Shown here one piece after another: positions 36,611-50,084 of a stretch of DNA of 64,000 nucleotides. The notes under the pieces are model-generated. The model made no database searches and was not told the DNA's origin. It worked only from the letters and a program-made list of their open reading frames with translations. Position numbers and translations under genes: made by a program. The DNA comes from Selaginella moellendorffii (Eukaryota; Plantae; Lycopodiophyta), in NCBI RefSeq assembly GCF_000143415.4, contig NW_003314346.1:124001-188000 (forward strand), read 5' to 3'. Positions within the stretch are counted from its first letter, which is position 1. The number at the start of each line of letters is the position of its first letter.

Positions 36611-36985
36611 TTGATTCAAACCAGTTGTGTACCTCGATCAAGCATGGTTGGCTGGCTGGTATACAGTTTTAGGAGATAAGGATTGAATACTGCCATGTCA
36701 TATAGATTGAGCAGCCAAGCGACAACCGTCTTTATATCAAACCGTCTCCAATTCCTATACAACGAATGGGTGGCGGCGGCGGCGGCGGGAGGAGAGGGGT
36801 GGTGGACAATCCTCCCGCGAGCAGCAGATGGATGATGCTGGCACTTGCCGCGGGAGCTGCCCTTGGGTTGATCACCTTAGCATCGCTGCTGCGGAGATGG
36901 CGCCGGAGGAGAGCTCTGGAGAAAGAATGGTGGTGGAGGAGATGACACCCTCCTCGTGTTTGTTTATGTACAGAGAAACCAACCA

Positions 36986-38259
36986 TCAGGTGAACTTTGC
37001 AAATTCCTTCTGTACCATGTCACCGCCGCGGTCGGGATCGTATGCACATCTGTAGTAGCTGATGGTGACCATCAAAGTCAGTCGTGACATTTCTACCAGC
37101 TCGGTCGGTTTACCTTCCGTCGCCGCAGATGATGATAACGGTGTTCTTGGCGGCCCCAAACGCGACAATCGCTCTGCTGTCCGCTGGCAGCCGGAACTGC
37201 GCAAATGACCAGTCCGATTTCAAGTAGCTGGGAAGCACGCCTGTCGTAAAGGATGTATTCACTGGGTTGATGGAAAACAAGAAAAAATAGAGCATTTGTA
37301 TGTATGTACGTACCTTGGACCATCGAGGAATTGGCAGCAAGAGAAAAGATGGAAGAAGCCGAGAGCCTGGGAAGGCGCCGTCGCGGTTTGTGCTCAAACT
37401 TGCTCCTGACCAGGTTGAACACATGGACGGTGCATTTGTCACTGGACACGGCGAGCCAGTGGCAATTGACAGAGAGTGCCAGGCTGAAAATCTCGGCCCG
37501 CTCGGCACCCCGGCGGAGCTGCGCAGTAGAGGCAGCAAAGATGGCAGCAAAGATGAGCAAATAAGAAGAAAAGATGAGCAAATAAAAGAAGTAAAACTTT
37601 CAACGTACTTCGTGCAGCTTAGTTCCGTCGTTGGTGTCAAAGATGCGAACAATGGTACCTTTGATGCTTGCAGTCGCCAGTAGCCTCCCGTCTTGGCTGA
37701 GAGCCAGGCAGGCGAGGGGCGATTCGTGTGCCTGGACGAACAGCGTCTTGCCTAAGCTATACAATTCAAGCCGGACCTCACCTCCGCTCATGGTACCTGG
37801 GCACGCAAGGACAAACATAGTGGACGCCGGCGAGATCGCACACACGCCCCTCGGGTTGTCAAACGTCTCCACCTCGTGCAGCGGCTTGAGATCCGACAGG
37901 CTATGGACATGGACCTTGTGCTCCAGCACAGCCACCACGGCGTCTCTCCTCAGCCTCACCGCTCTCACCTCGCTCCGGAAGAAGAGCTCGCCAATGCAGC
38001 GGCTCTGGTCGTCGTCCCAGATGATCACCTTGTTCCTGGCAGCCGCCCCCACGAGCCCCAAGATGTTGGAGCGAAACACCATCTCCACAATCCCCACGCC
38101 TCCATCCAAATCTCGCCGCAGCGTCTGCTTGAGGGGGTCGCAACTGTAGATGCGAAAGCCCACGCTCGTCGAGTACGCAAAGCACCCAGCATCCTGATTG
38201 AAGTTTACGTACTGGACCACCGCCTTCTCGCTTCCATCTTCGTCCTCCTCCACCGCCAT
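36986..38259 (-). CDS. ATG18: Autophagy-related protein 18 (PROPPIN/WIPI WD40)
   Basis: [10 protein letters not shown]...[38 protein letters not shown]...LHE|[18 protein letters not shown]. Confidence 0.92.
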
Positions 38260-38305
38260 CCACAACCAAGAACCCTAAGTTATGAGCTCTTCGTTTTCTT
38301 GCTTT

Positions 38306-38393
38306 GCTTTATTCCCTTTGCTTGCCTTTGCGACAGTGTCTCTAAACACGCTTTATTCCCTTTGCTTGCCTTTGCGACAGTGTCTCTAAACAC
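38306..38393. repeat. Perfect 44-bp tandem duplication in an intergenic spacer
   Basis: gctttattccctttgcttgcctttgcgacagtgtctctaaacac occurs at 38306 and 38350. Confidence 0.95.
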
Positions 38394-38401
38394 GCTAACT
38401 C

Positions 38402-39038
38402 TCAAGACATGGGGGCCGCGTCGGCCTTCTTCCAAGGATCGTATCGGCTCCAATCTCGCTGGTTTGGGCTGAGGACATGGCCCTTGGAGTGGTATATGTA
38501 CTGCTCGCCCTCGCCAGTTCGATTGGGTTGGTGCTCCAGGCCGTAGCGCTTGGGTCGCAGATCTTCCAGCTGCTCCGCCGTGTGATCGGTCACGTAGTGG
38601 AGCCAGCCATGCCACTCGGGGGGAACGTTCGAGGCGTTGTAGTATTTCTTGTCCGCGTACTCCACCCATCGCGTGCGCCCTGAAGCTCCATTGATTCTTT
38701 CATTCTGGCTGCGAATTCCAAGACATACCTGCGGTGCCACTGGGTTTCTCGAAGTACTTGTTCCCGAATTTGTCAATGCCCACCAGCCGGGTGTCTTTGT
38801 TCCCCCACATCTTTGTGAGCCTACAAGAGCTCTACTCAGATCTAGCAGCACTACCAAGTGAAATGAGAACTTACAAGAGATTTCCATCTACGATACAGTT
38901 CCTACAGGCACAATTTTGTCAGAGAGAAAAGAACTCAAGCTATACTCACAAGATGCCCTCCTTCTTTGCTTCTCGCCAGGCCTGTGCTAGTCCCCCTTCC
39001 TTGAACGCCTTGTGCACAGCGCTTAGGAAATACTTCAT
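38402..39038 (-). CDS. NDUFA12: NADH:ubiquinone oxidoreductase subunit A12 (B17.2)
   Basis: LVGIDKFGNKYFE, RTRWVEYA...YNASNVPPEWHGWLH, NRTGEGEQYIYHSKGH. Confidence 0.92.
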
Positions 39039-39127
39039 GCCTGAGAATGGAAACCCTAGGTAGGAGGTAAAGGGAAGTTCGAGTTAAATGAATCATGAAT
39101 CATTCAAAGAATGTGCTTGCTATATTG

Positions 39128-39806
39128 CTATTGTTCTAGAGCGCCCAAGAGGCATCTCTCCAGGAGGAACTCGGCATTCACCCAAGCGTGGTATTTGTCT
39201 GGAGCAAACAAAGCTTTGAGCACAGGGGAAGAAAACAAATCAACTTACTGAAGAGAGAAGTGCAATCTTTGCCTGCTGCCTTCATCAGCATGTCCAGGCC
39301 TGTCAAACACACCTTCTCGTGAGCCAAAGCAAACTCACACTCTTTCTTCGATTACCTCCTGGGTGGAAGTTGAGGTAAGGCGTGATGTTGTACACCCGGC
39401 CGCGTAGAACTGTCCATGCATCGTCTTGCTTCCTGTGTTGCTTTACTTCCTCCATAGCTATCATTCTCCTGTTGGATCGCCCCTTGAGCCCTGCGCAAAG
39501 AAGTAGTGGTATAGACATGAAGGAGAGCGCTTGAGCACGGCCAACCTGCTAGATCTGGATGGCTCTGGGTGAGCTTGAGCCAGTCCATCTGGCTGAAACC
39601 TTTCTCAAACGGAACCTTGTTTCTCTGCTTTGGCGGCGGCATTGCCTTTGAAGACTCCGTGTTGTCAATTGTGGGTTCCGGCTCGGGAGCTTTCTCCTGG
39701 AGATGGAGCGCTCGCTATCACAACAACGACAAGACACAAAAGATTTCATTCATGCCTGGAAGAAGCTGAATTCGGTGGCACTGTCGGACGAAGCCGGTGC
39801 CTCCAT
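39128..39806 (-). CDS. RLF: Cytochrome b5 domain protein, RLF-like
   Basis: [17 protein letters not shown]...[45 protein letters not shown]. The start depends on a GC-AG intron (39715-39755). Confidence 0.85.
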
Positions 39807-39865
39807 GATCGCGTTCCCTTCCTTTTGACCTTAAAAAAACAAGTTCCTTCCCTAGAACTGGAACT

Positions 39866-40416
39866 CTACTTGTTCTCCTTGCGTGGAAACACGACCGACA
39901 AGAGCACGCCGGCCATGAAAAAACCGAGCGCTGGCTGGAAGAGTAACGGCCACAGTGGGTACCAGGAATCGAGAAGTGTGGACGAGTTGAATGCCGCTTT
40001 CTCGCCCAATCCAGCCAGAAGCCATCCCAGTGCCACCACAATGAAGAAAAAGTCCACAATCAGGGCCTTGTCCACGACCTCTCGCAATGGAATGCGAGAA
40101 TCCTTGTCCGTGAATGACGAAGACTGGCCGGCTTGAAAACTAGCTGGAGCATCCATGCGTCTCAAGTCTTCCTGCATCCCTCGAAGAAGCTCGTCATCCT
40201 CGCTACGTTGTTCCTGGTGTTCCTTGCTGGAACAAATCGTTGATCTTATCCACCGACGCCATGACAGGTTCTTATCTCGAATTGTTCCCCTTGGCACTCC
40301 ATGGCTGCCTGCCAAGAACATTCAAGCGCCATAGCCGATGGATGGATACGCAAACCTGAGGCTGGTCCAAAGTTCCGAGCGAAGGATGGTGTTTCCAAAC
40401 CACGGAGAACCAGCAT
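39866..40416 (-). CDS. Small two-TM membrane protein with probable plastid transit peptide (cyanobacterial-type conserved hypothetical)
   Basis: Exon 1 MLVLRGLETPSFARNFGPAS spliced in frame to ...DKALIVDFFFIVVALGWLLAG...WYPLWPLLFQPALGFFMAGVLLS. Confidence 0.7.
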
Positions 40417-40596
40417 CCCTGCTGCTTGTGCTGCTGCCTTTAGGCTTAACCGCTGCTAAGTAGCTGATGGATTGATTCGATTTAAGCTCTCATCTCGGCA
40501 TCCACTTCTTAAACACACCCTCCCGGAGCGGGGAAATGCCGTGCATGAGGCAGCGAAACGAAAAAAAGTATCGCCAACGCACTGTGCAGGAAAGAA

Positions 40597-41460
40597 TCAA
40601 ATCAATGCTGTACGCTCTTGTTGCAGCATGGCTTTGATGGTCTCTTCTGAAACCATCAAGTGCTCGTCGTCTTTTGCTGGTTTACAAGCCGTGCTATCGC
40701 CGTTTTCCTCTGCACGGGTGCCATGGAAGTGTGAGCAAAGGAGTAAAAGGAAAGTAAGCTCGCGCTCGCGCTCACCTTGGGCACTGTCTTCCTCCTCGAT
40801 CTCGCAGATCTGTTGGGCGGCGGTGAGCTGCAAGCACTCTGGGAGGAAGCATCTGCAGAGCCAGCCTGGTGAATGGAGACGATGAAACTTTAGAACCAAA
40901 GAAGAGTAAAGACGTGGTGGTCGAGGCATTCACCGATTCTGGCGACGCGGTTCACCCAGGACGGGATCGGGTGTTTGACGAGGCGCATGGTGATGTCTTC
41001 GCTGAAATGGTTGCAGTTCTTGAGCAGCAAGTGGTAAGTGTCACCGTTGTAATGCGAAGCCACGCTCTCGACGAACTGCCGGAGCTGGAGCGGCCCCATG
41101 GTGGTGCTGCCCAGCCGGATGCTCGTCCGGAACATGAAACCGGGGCATCTGCGCGGCTCCACTTCGAAGACGCCGCTGGTTGGGAACTCGTGAGCCCCGA
41201 ACGCATACTCCACGCCGTGCACTGCCACGCCCCACTCGTTGGAACAATGCCGACTCTCACACACACTCACCTTCGACGCCGCTGTGGAAGATGCCCAGCC
41301 CAAACCAGTAGGCGTAATCATTGTAGGCGGTGAGATCGTAGACGTTGAGGAAGACCGGCACGCTCTCCTTGTGTGGCTCTGGCGAGGGCGAGGGAGATGG
41401 AGACGGCGAGGAGGAGGAGGAGGTGGATCCGAGCTGCTGGTAGAAATTGGTGAGCCCCAT
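40597..41460 (-). CDS. PPPDE/DeSI-like peptidase (deSUMOylase/deubiquitinase), 3 exons
   Basis: VFLNVYDL...GLGIFHSGVE|VHGVEYAFGAH, YHLLLKNCNHFS, IPSWVNR. Confidence 0.92.
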
Positions 41461-41630
41461 CTCCCGCAAGAACCCTAACTTTGCCACACTCTGCCACGTA
41501 GCCCGGGAAGAAGAAATATACCTTGTCGAGTGTCCATACACATGGCCAAGCGACATTCTGGTGCCGCCGTCACCGTCGCCGTCGCAGTCGCAGTCGTCGG
41601 TGGCCGGCGCAGCAGCAGTGAGATGCCCCA

Positions 41631-42766
41631 ATGCCGTACTTTGGCGATCCTCGCAAGAGTGGCGGTAAGTGGGCCTTTTCGGAGCAGCCGCGCACCTACA
41701 AGGAGCGTTGCCACTACTGCAGCTACAATGGGAGCGACCAGGTTCGATAGCTTTCTCTCTCGACATGGGATCAAATGCGATAAAAAATGATCAAATGTGC
41801 GCGATCGTGATCGATCCCCCAACAACGTTAACGTTGCTGCATTGCAGGATATCATGTCCAAGCGGAGGATAGCGGCGCGCACCTTCGGCTTCCAGAGGCA
41901 TCCGGTTTACAAGACGTCGTGCATGGTGGAGCCGTTGAGGGAGTGCACATACTACGCCCCGGAGGAGGAGCGGCTCAACAAGGACGTGGATGGCTTCATC
42001 CGGGAGATTCACGACAAGAGGCGAGACAGGGACAAGGTATAGATCGATCGAGTTTCTGGGAATTACAAACACGAGCGACCGATATAGGATCTATATACTG
42101 ATCGATTGTATTGCGTGTGTGTGTGTGTGTGTACATGCACAGGAGATTCTGGCGTGTAACAAGGTGGCGCGAGCATACGAGGAGTACAAGCTCGTGTGCA
42201 AGAGGGAGGAGGCGTGGGACAAGGAGAAGCTGCGCGACGAGTTTTTCCGCGTGAAACCCCACGGCAGGACCTTCTCCAACCGGAGTGCCGTCAAATACGA
42301 CATCTTCACCATGGAGTACGAGGACAGCTTCTACGGAAGACAATTCAAGCACGAGGATGACTTGGCCAGGTTCGTCGTCTCGATCTCGCTCGCGCTCTCC
42401 CAAACTTTGATGCCGCCACTGCTCAAGATTGAGAACTTTCACAGGTGGCGGCAGACTCTGCGCAAGCTCTTCCTCCAGGCCCGCTCCAGCGGCGTGCCAG
42501 ACTTCAACATTGTGGACTGGCGGCGGCTGCCCGCGCCGGTGGAGCCCGCGAGGCCGAGGCCGCCCGGGCCCGACCCGGCCAAGGCGCTCCACGGGCTGGA
42601 GATGCAGCGATTCAAGCCCGTGGCGGTGGAGCCCGGCGACATCGTCCCCGGCGACGGCAAGACCGCGGAGCTGCTCCACTTCTCGCCCATCCCGCACCAG
42701 CGGCCACTCGCCTCCGTCAGGGACGTCATTGTCAACGTCGAGCACCCGTGGCAGCACTGCTGCTAG
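41631..42766 (+). CDS. Uncharacterised 4-exon protein, possibly cilium/flagellum-associated
   Basis: Exons 41631-41741, 41848-42036, 42143-42369 and 42445-42766 join in frame via GT-AG introns, with high GC3. The function is inference only. Confidence 0.65.
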
Positions 42767-43551
42767 CTTAGCCGTCATAAGAATATATCGGTTGCAAGGA
42801 GAATATACCGGTGGCATGGAAAATATACCGCTAGCGTCAAGTGAAATAAAACTATTCCAGGGAAAAAAAGAAATTCACATAAATGGCGAGAAACATGATA
42901 GGCTAGCAAGGCAGTGGGAAGAAAGAAGGGGTGCGACCATATTGACCCCTATTTTCTCCCTTCCCTTGTCTCTCTCTCTCTCTCTCTCGCTCGTCCACTC
43001 TCTCCTCCAAGCCCCACGCATCACACACACACACACACTCCTCTCTAATCACAGGGCGCGCAAGGGGATAGGTCGTGGCGGGCGAGATCTGGCGAGATCC
43101 CCTCCCATTTCCGGCGACTGGGGCGGGATGGAGATGAATGGCGGGTGAGGAGGGAGAGGGGCTTCATCTTGGCGCTTGCTAGGTAACGACGGCGGCGGAG
43201 GAGGGCGAGGGCAGAGGGCGAGGGCGCGGCCGCCATGGATGGGAGGTGTGGTAGAATACACATGTGATGCGCGGCGCCAAGAGCTTGTTCGTCTCAGGTC
43301 TCTCTCTCTCTCTCTTCGCTCGCTCGCTCGCTCTTTCCTTGCGATTTGCGGTTAACCCTCTCCTTGTTTGCGTGCTTGCCTCTCGCTATCTTCCATTGCT
43401 TGCTGCTCGGTGTAGGGTTTTTGGTGGCATACTTGGATCTGGATGTCCATTTTGCTAACATGGCATGGCAAATCTTGTGCGTGGGCAGCTCCTCCTAGTG
43501 ACTGGATAAGCGGCAGCACCACCACCAACGAGGAGGAGGCAAGAGCAGCGT

Positions 43552-45480
<1,929 letters not shown>

Positions 45481-45934
45481 CCTGTGCCCGGGCCTGGAAG
45501 AGAGAGAGAGAGCTGGGTGGGATCATCTTCTTCTTAACAGGTGTCCATCAAGCTGCCGCTGGTGGTCTTCCTTTTTATCCTCCTTAATTCTCAATGCTGG
45601 TGTTGGTAAGCTAGCTAGTATGACACCAAAGTGGCTGGTTGCTTTTTTTTTTTCTCCTTTTTTGTACCTTGAGAGTTACCTATCTAATGTGCTTGCTGCT
45701 CTTGTATCACTTGTGTGTGTTAGCAGTAATCTCCGAAATGAATTGTTCTTCTCTGTGCCGTACTTGGAGTGTACAGCACGGCACGCTACGGAGGTGCACG
45801 GCCTACCGTAGTTGGTCAAAGTAGGCGTCGCGCCGTTCAACGGCCAGCTCGCGCGCGACTCGACTTGAGTTGACTGAGGTTATGAGGGTGATTTGCCAAA
45901 GCAAGAAGTTAACGTCCATGTTTTTTTATACATC

Positions 45935-48088
45935 TTACCAGTAATCTCCACAGTGGCAGCGGCCGTGTAAAAAGTGGTGGAAGCGCTTGGTGTCCCTGAC
46001 GACAATCTCTCTTTCGAGGATGCTCGACAGGAGCTTGAATGCATTGTGGCAATCACCACACATGCGAAGGTTCTTGATGATCCGAAGCGTGCTACGAGGC
46101 TTAGTACTACTGACCACCCCAAAAGCAATTGCCAGCTTTTCACTGTGGCAGAAGAGCAGCTGCTCCTTGAGCTCCTCCTCGACGTCTTGCAGAACGAGGC
46201 TCGTGTTTGGAACGTAACCGGCGTCCTTGAGAAGCAGCGCCAGGCGGTGGAGCTCCGCATAGATGGCTTCACTCTTGGGATGCGAGCAATCCTTGGCAGT
46301 GAAGACATGGACTTTGTTCCTCACCTCGATGGAGCTCCACCCGGCTTCCTTGGCTAAGCCCCGACGAGCCATGAGCTCTCTAACACCGGCGGCATCGTCC
46401 CATCTCCCTTGCGCCGCGTACATGTTGGACATGAGGATGTAGGCCCCGACGTAGGCCGGATTGAGCTCCATAACTCGCTGTGCAGCTCGTCGCCCGCGCT
46501 CCCAGTCACCATAATTCCTGCAAGCGCCCACCAGGCTCATCCACACTATGTCGTCTGGCGCGCACGGCATCATGCTCGTGATGAAACGCTCCGCATAGCC
46601 GAGATAACCGGAGCGAGCCAGCAAGTCGACAATGCAGCCGCAGTGCTGAGTGGAGACTGGCACGGCGAAGTCGGTGCCATGACGCATGGCCGCGTAGAGG
46701 GAGCAGCCGGTTTTCAGCAGCGCTGGGTGGCGGGCGCAGGTGGCGAGGAGGCTAGTCAAGGTGATGGCGTCGGGCGAAATGCCTGCGAGGAGCATGTGTG
46801 AGAAGAGCCACAGCGCGGCAGGATGGCCCTGCTGGGCAAATGCGGCGAGCATGGAGTTCCACGACACGAGGTTAGCGGGGGCGGAGCTGGACGTGAAAAA
46901 GATGCCGGCAGCATGGTCAAGAGCCCCACATCTCCCATACATGCTCACCAGGGCGTTTTGCACGACGGGGTCTTCGGCAACGCCGGCCTCGCGAACGTGT
47001 GAGTGGCAGAAGCGTGCCTGGCCGAGCGCCGCCACCGCAGCGCATGCCGAGGCGACGGTGGCGAGAGTAACGGCGTTGGGCTTGGCACCCGACAGCAGCA
47101 TCCGGCGGTACAGCAGCAGCGCTTCGAGAGAATGTCCGCTCTGGGAGGTGACAGAGATGATGGAGGTCCAGGTTACCACGTTTGGTTGCTCCATGCGCTC
47201 AAACACCGCTCGCGCTTCTTGCAGGCTGCCGCATTTGGCGTACATGTTGACGACAGCGGTCTCCATGACGAGGTCTCTGCCTCCATCGAACTCCAGAATG
47301 TGCGAGTGGAGCATGCGGCCTTGGGCGAGGCTTAACTCGGGGGAATTGAGCAACGCCACAAAGGTTACCTTGTCCGGCGCCATCCCCTCGAGCTGCATTC
47401 TCCGGTACAGGCTTAACGCCTCCTGCGAATGCCCGTTGTCGGCAAATGCGGTGATGATACCAGTCCAAGACACCACGTCCCTTTGCTGCAGCTCGATTCC
47501 TTCAAACGCATCTACTGCTTCTCCCACACATCCGTGTGCTGCGTACATCTTCACCAACGCTGTGGCAATCACGACGTGAGAGGCCAGGCCACAGTCTCGG
47601 ATTCGAGCGTGGACTCTCCTTCCTATGGGCAGCAGAAAGGCTCGCTTGCCTTCAGCGCAGGCGTTGACAACCGTGGTGAATGTGAAACCGTCGGGCATAA
47701 CGCCGTCGAGCTGCATCTCGTGAAGCATCGCAACTGCTTTCGTGTGTTGCCCAGACTGGGCAAATGCTGCAATCATGTTGGTCCACGCAATGACGTCCCT
47801 GCATGGCATTTCATCCATTGTCCGGCGCGCATCCTCCAAGCAACCGCAACGAAGGTACATGTCCACTACGTGATTCCCAAGGAAAGAATCCAATCCCACC
47901 CCCGCCGCCTTGATCTCCTCCAATATCCCCTTCCCTTTCCACAGGATAACGTCCGCTGGATCATCCGTGCTCTTGTAGCAGTCGCGGAGCATTCGAGCGT
48001 AGTAACGGTTCTCATTCCTTGCCTGCTGTTTCGCATTTTTTGGGGCGTGAGGAGCCAACTCAATACAAAAGTCTGGACAAGTAGACAT
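45935..48088 (-). CDS. PLS-class PPR protein with E/E+/DYW cytidine-deaminase domain (organellar C-to-U editing factor), intronless
   Basis: PLS repeats; EAGWSSIEV (PG-box equivalent); HSEKLA, KNLRMCGDCH, terminal CHCGDYW. Confidence 0.95.
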   Translation of the reverse strand: MSTCPDFCIELAPHAPKNAKQQARNENRYYARMLRDCYKSTDDPADVILWKGKGILEEIKAAGVGLDSFLGNHVVDMYLRCGCLEDARRTMDEMPCRDVIAWTNMIAAFAQSGQHTKAVAMLHEMQLDGVMPDGFTFTTVVNACAEGKRAFLLPIGRRVHARIRDCGLASHVVIATALVKMYAAHGCVGEAVDAFEGIELQQRDVVSWTGIITAFADNGHSQEALSLYRRMQLEGMAPDKVTFVALLNSPELSLAQGRMLHSHILEFDGGRDLVMETAVVNMYAKCGSLQEARAVFERMEQPNVVTWTSIISVTSQSGHSLEALLLYRRMLLSGAKPNAVTLATVASACAAVAALGQARFCHSHVREAGVAEDPVVQNALVSMYGRCGALDHAAGIFFTSSSAPANLVSWNSMLAAFAQQGHPAALWLFSHMLLAGISPDAITLTSLLATCARHPALLKTGCSLYAAMRHGTDFAVPVSTQHCGCIVDLLARSGYLGYAERFITSMMPCAPDDIVWMSLVGACRNYGDWERGRRAAQRVMELNPAYVGAYILMSNMYAAQGRWDDAAGVRELMARRGLAKEAGWSSIEVRNKVHVFTAKDCSHPKSEAIYAELHRLALLLKDAGYVPNTSLVLQDVEEELKEQLLFCHSEKLAIAFGVVSSTKPRSTLRIIKNLRMCGDCHNAFKLLSSILEREIVVRDTKRFHHFLHGRCHCGDYW

Positions 48089-50009
48089 CCAAGATCCTCA
48101 CCACCTTTCTCAAGAACAGCTTCTCATCAGACCTGTACTTCAACGCCGACTTCCATCTCACGGACTTGTCCTCTCCAGCTGCCGCTGTTGGAAAGCCCAT
48201 AAGTGAGCTACGCGAAGACCGAAAACCAAGAAAGAAGAGACTCCTTACCCATGAGCTTCACATCTTGTTCGTAGCTACTTGGATATGCTGACAGTAGCTG
48301 CCGGCATTCCTTCTGTAGCTCCCTCACGGCTCGCTTTTCCATGCTAGGCAGAAACGGGAGATCCGCATCCGACCACATCGGGAGAATCCGAGCTGCTGCA
48401 AGAACAGCTCCATCTGCCATGGGATCGTCTGTGCCTGTGACGAGCAACAAAGATGCTTTTCACGGGTTTGAAAAGAGCACCGCATACCTCTCAGGTAGTA
48501 ATTTGGCCCCAGCCCACTGATCCCAAACGCAGATAGGAATGAGTCCCTGTGGATGGAAACCGAGCCACTGAACTTGACAACATTCCAAGGATTCTGCAAA
48601 AGAAAGAACCACTTTGGTCATCGTTGTTTGTGTAGGGCGTTGTCTATACCACTGGTGAAGAGAAGCCAAACCGGTGCATGTAGTCTCGCGTCGGGTTCTT
48701 TGGCAAGTAGTCAAGCGTCATCTGCTCATACACAGAACTTTTAGCTGCGTGTGAGAAAAAAGAAACACACTAACCTCGTCTCCCTCTCTAATCGTCTGCC
48801 CGGCCTTGACCACCACTTCGAGCACCCGATCGCAGGCTCGCCATCGCAAGGAACAAGTTGGTTGAAACGAGTGATTTAGCATATCTACGCACACCGAGAG
48901 AAGAAAAACAAACGAGAATTACGATGACCATCAAAGTATGTGGTGTTACCAGCGTAGGGGGAGATTATGTTGGCAACTTGGACTTTAGAACCGATCTTCA
49001 TGGTTAGTGTGTGCGAGCGTGACCTTGCCATGCCAACGGCCCATTTGAACCTGTCGCTGTCTCGGGCCAAGCGTTTTAGCTTCAAAGGCGCCCCCGGATG
49101 CTGCCACGAGGAAGTAAAACTCAGCTATGATCTCTGGAAATGTTACAAGTCTACTCACAAAACACTCCTCCCATTTCTTCTGAATCTTCTCCTGCTCGTC
49201 CTTGATGCACTGAGAAAGCACGGAATCTTGTAGCGCGTCAAGTTCTTCCTGAGGGACAAAAGAGAAACCATGGTTTCCTTGAGAAGATCTGACAACCAGC
49301 TTACCTCGGTTGCAAGAAGCAAGTCCGTGCTCTCTGCCTGATTTGGAAGATAGTCTCCGTAAAGCCTCCAGAAGTTGCCGTCTTGCTCGAGCGCCAGCAG
49401 CAGGAGGCACCCCAGCCTGATATCGTAGTCTGTCTGGAATGAAAAAACTCTCAGTCCACAGAGACCGTGTAACTCCCTGGCACTCACCTCGGGATCAGTC
49501 GAGTTGATAACATCAAACACTGGGTGACCGATTGGTACAATATCCGGGAAGAACATCCAAGGGAGATTGCTGCTCACGGTGACAAGTATCTCCATGGGTA
49601 CTTCGAGTATAACCTGTGGAGGAAGAGAGAAGGATGGATAAGTTCTTTGGTCAGAGTTTCATGTCCCAGAAAGCAATCCAGACTTACCCACCCTTGGCCT
49701 CTCAATGTCGGTCATGTCTTTGGCAGCATACACTCCAACTCCATCCGGCCCTTCCTTGAAGTGGACACCGTATGCTCGGACGTGGCGGAGGTGCCCGATT
49801 GTGTAGTACTCGGGCTGCATCAGCTCCACTCCCTGCCTCGCCTCCTCCACTTGAGGCTGGGGCGGCGCAGCCACCATTGCTGCTGCTGCCGCTACTCTCC
49901 TCCTCCCACATTTTAAGCCTCTCCCACATATGGATTTGGAGCTGGCAAACCTGTCCAGCGATGGCACCAATGGCGCTGCTGCTGCTGCTGCTACCAGATG
50001 ATATCCCAT
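48060..50009 (-). CDS. PTAC14: PLASTID TRANSCRIPTIONALLY ACTIVE 14 (SET-domain PEP-associated protein), multi-exon
   Basis: VRAYGVHFKEGPDGVGVYAAKD, PWMFFPDIVPIGHPVFDVINSTDPE, FWRLYGDYLP, AARILPMWSDAD, C-terminus ALKYR...LDVYLSRLLY* (TGA 48060-48062). Confidence 0.9.
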
Positions 50010-50084
50010 CCAAGAGCAAAGAGAACGCGCGCTTCTCAAGACTCCATATTTTTCTATCGCTTGCCCTAGTTAGGGCTGTGAGCG

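Noticed and set aside
36732-37055. Short ORFs between the P450 and ATG18 3' ends
   Set aside because: Low complexity with no motif; probably UTR.
42969-43330. (CT)n, (CA)n and (CGCT)n tracts and short ATG-initiated frames upstream of GSK3
   Set aside because: Ordinary plant 5' leader microsatellites; transcript boundaries are unknown, so uORFs cannot be supported.
45935-46360. Possible U-to-C (KP-type) DYW variant
   Set aside because: The motifs (HSEKLA, CGDCH, terminal DYW) are canonical for C-to-U editing.
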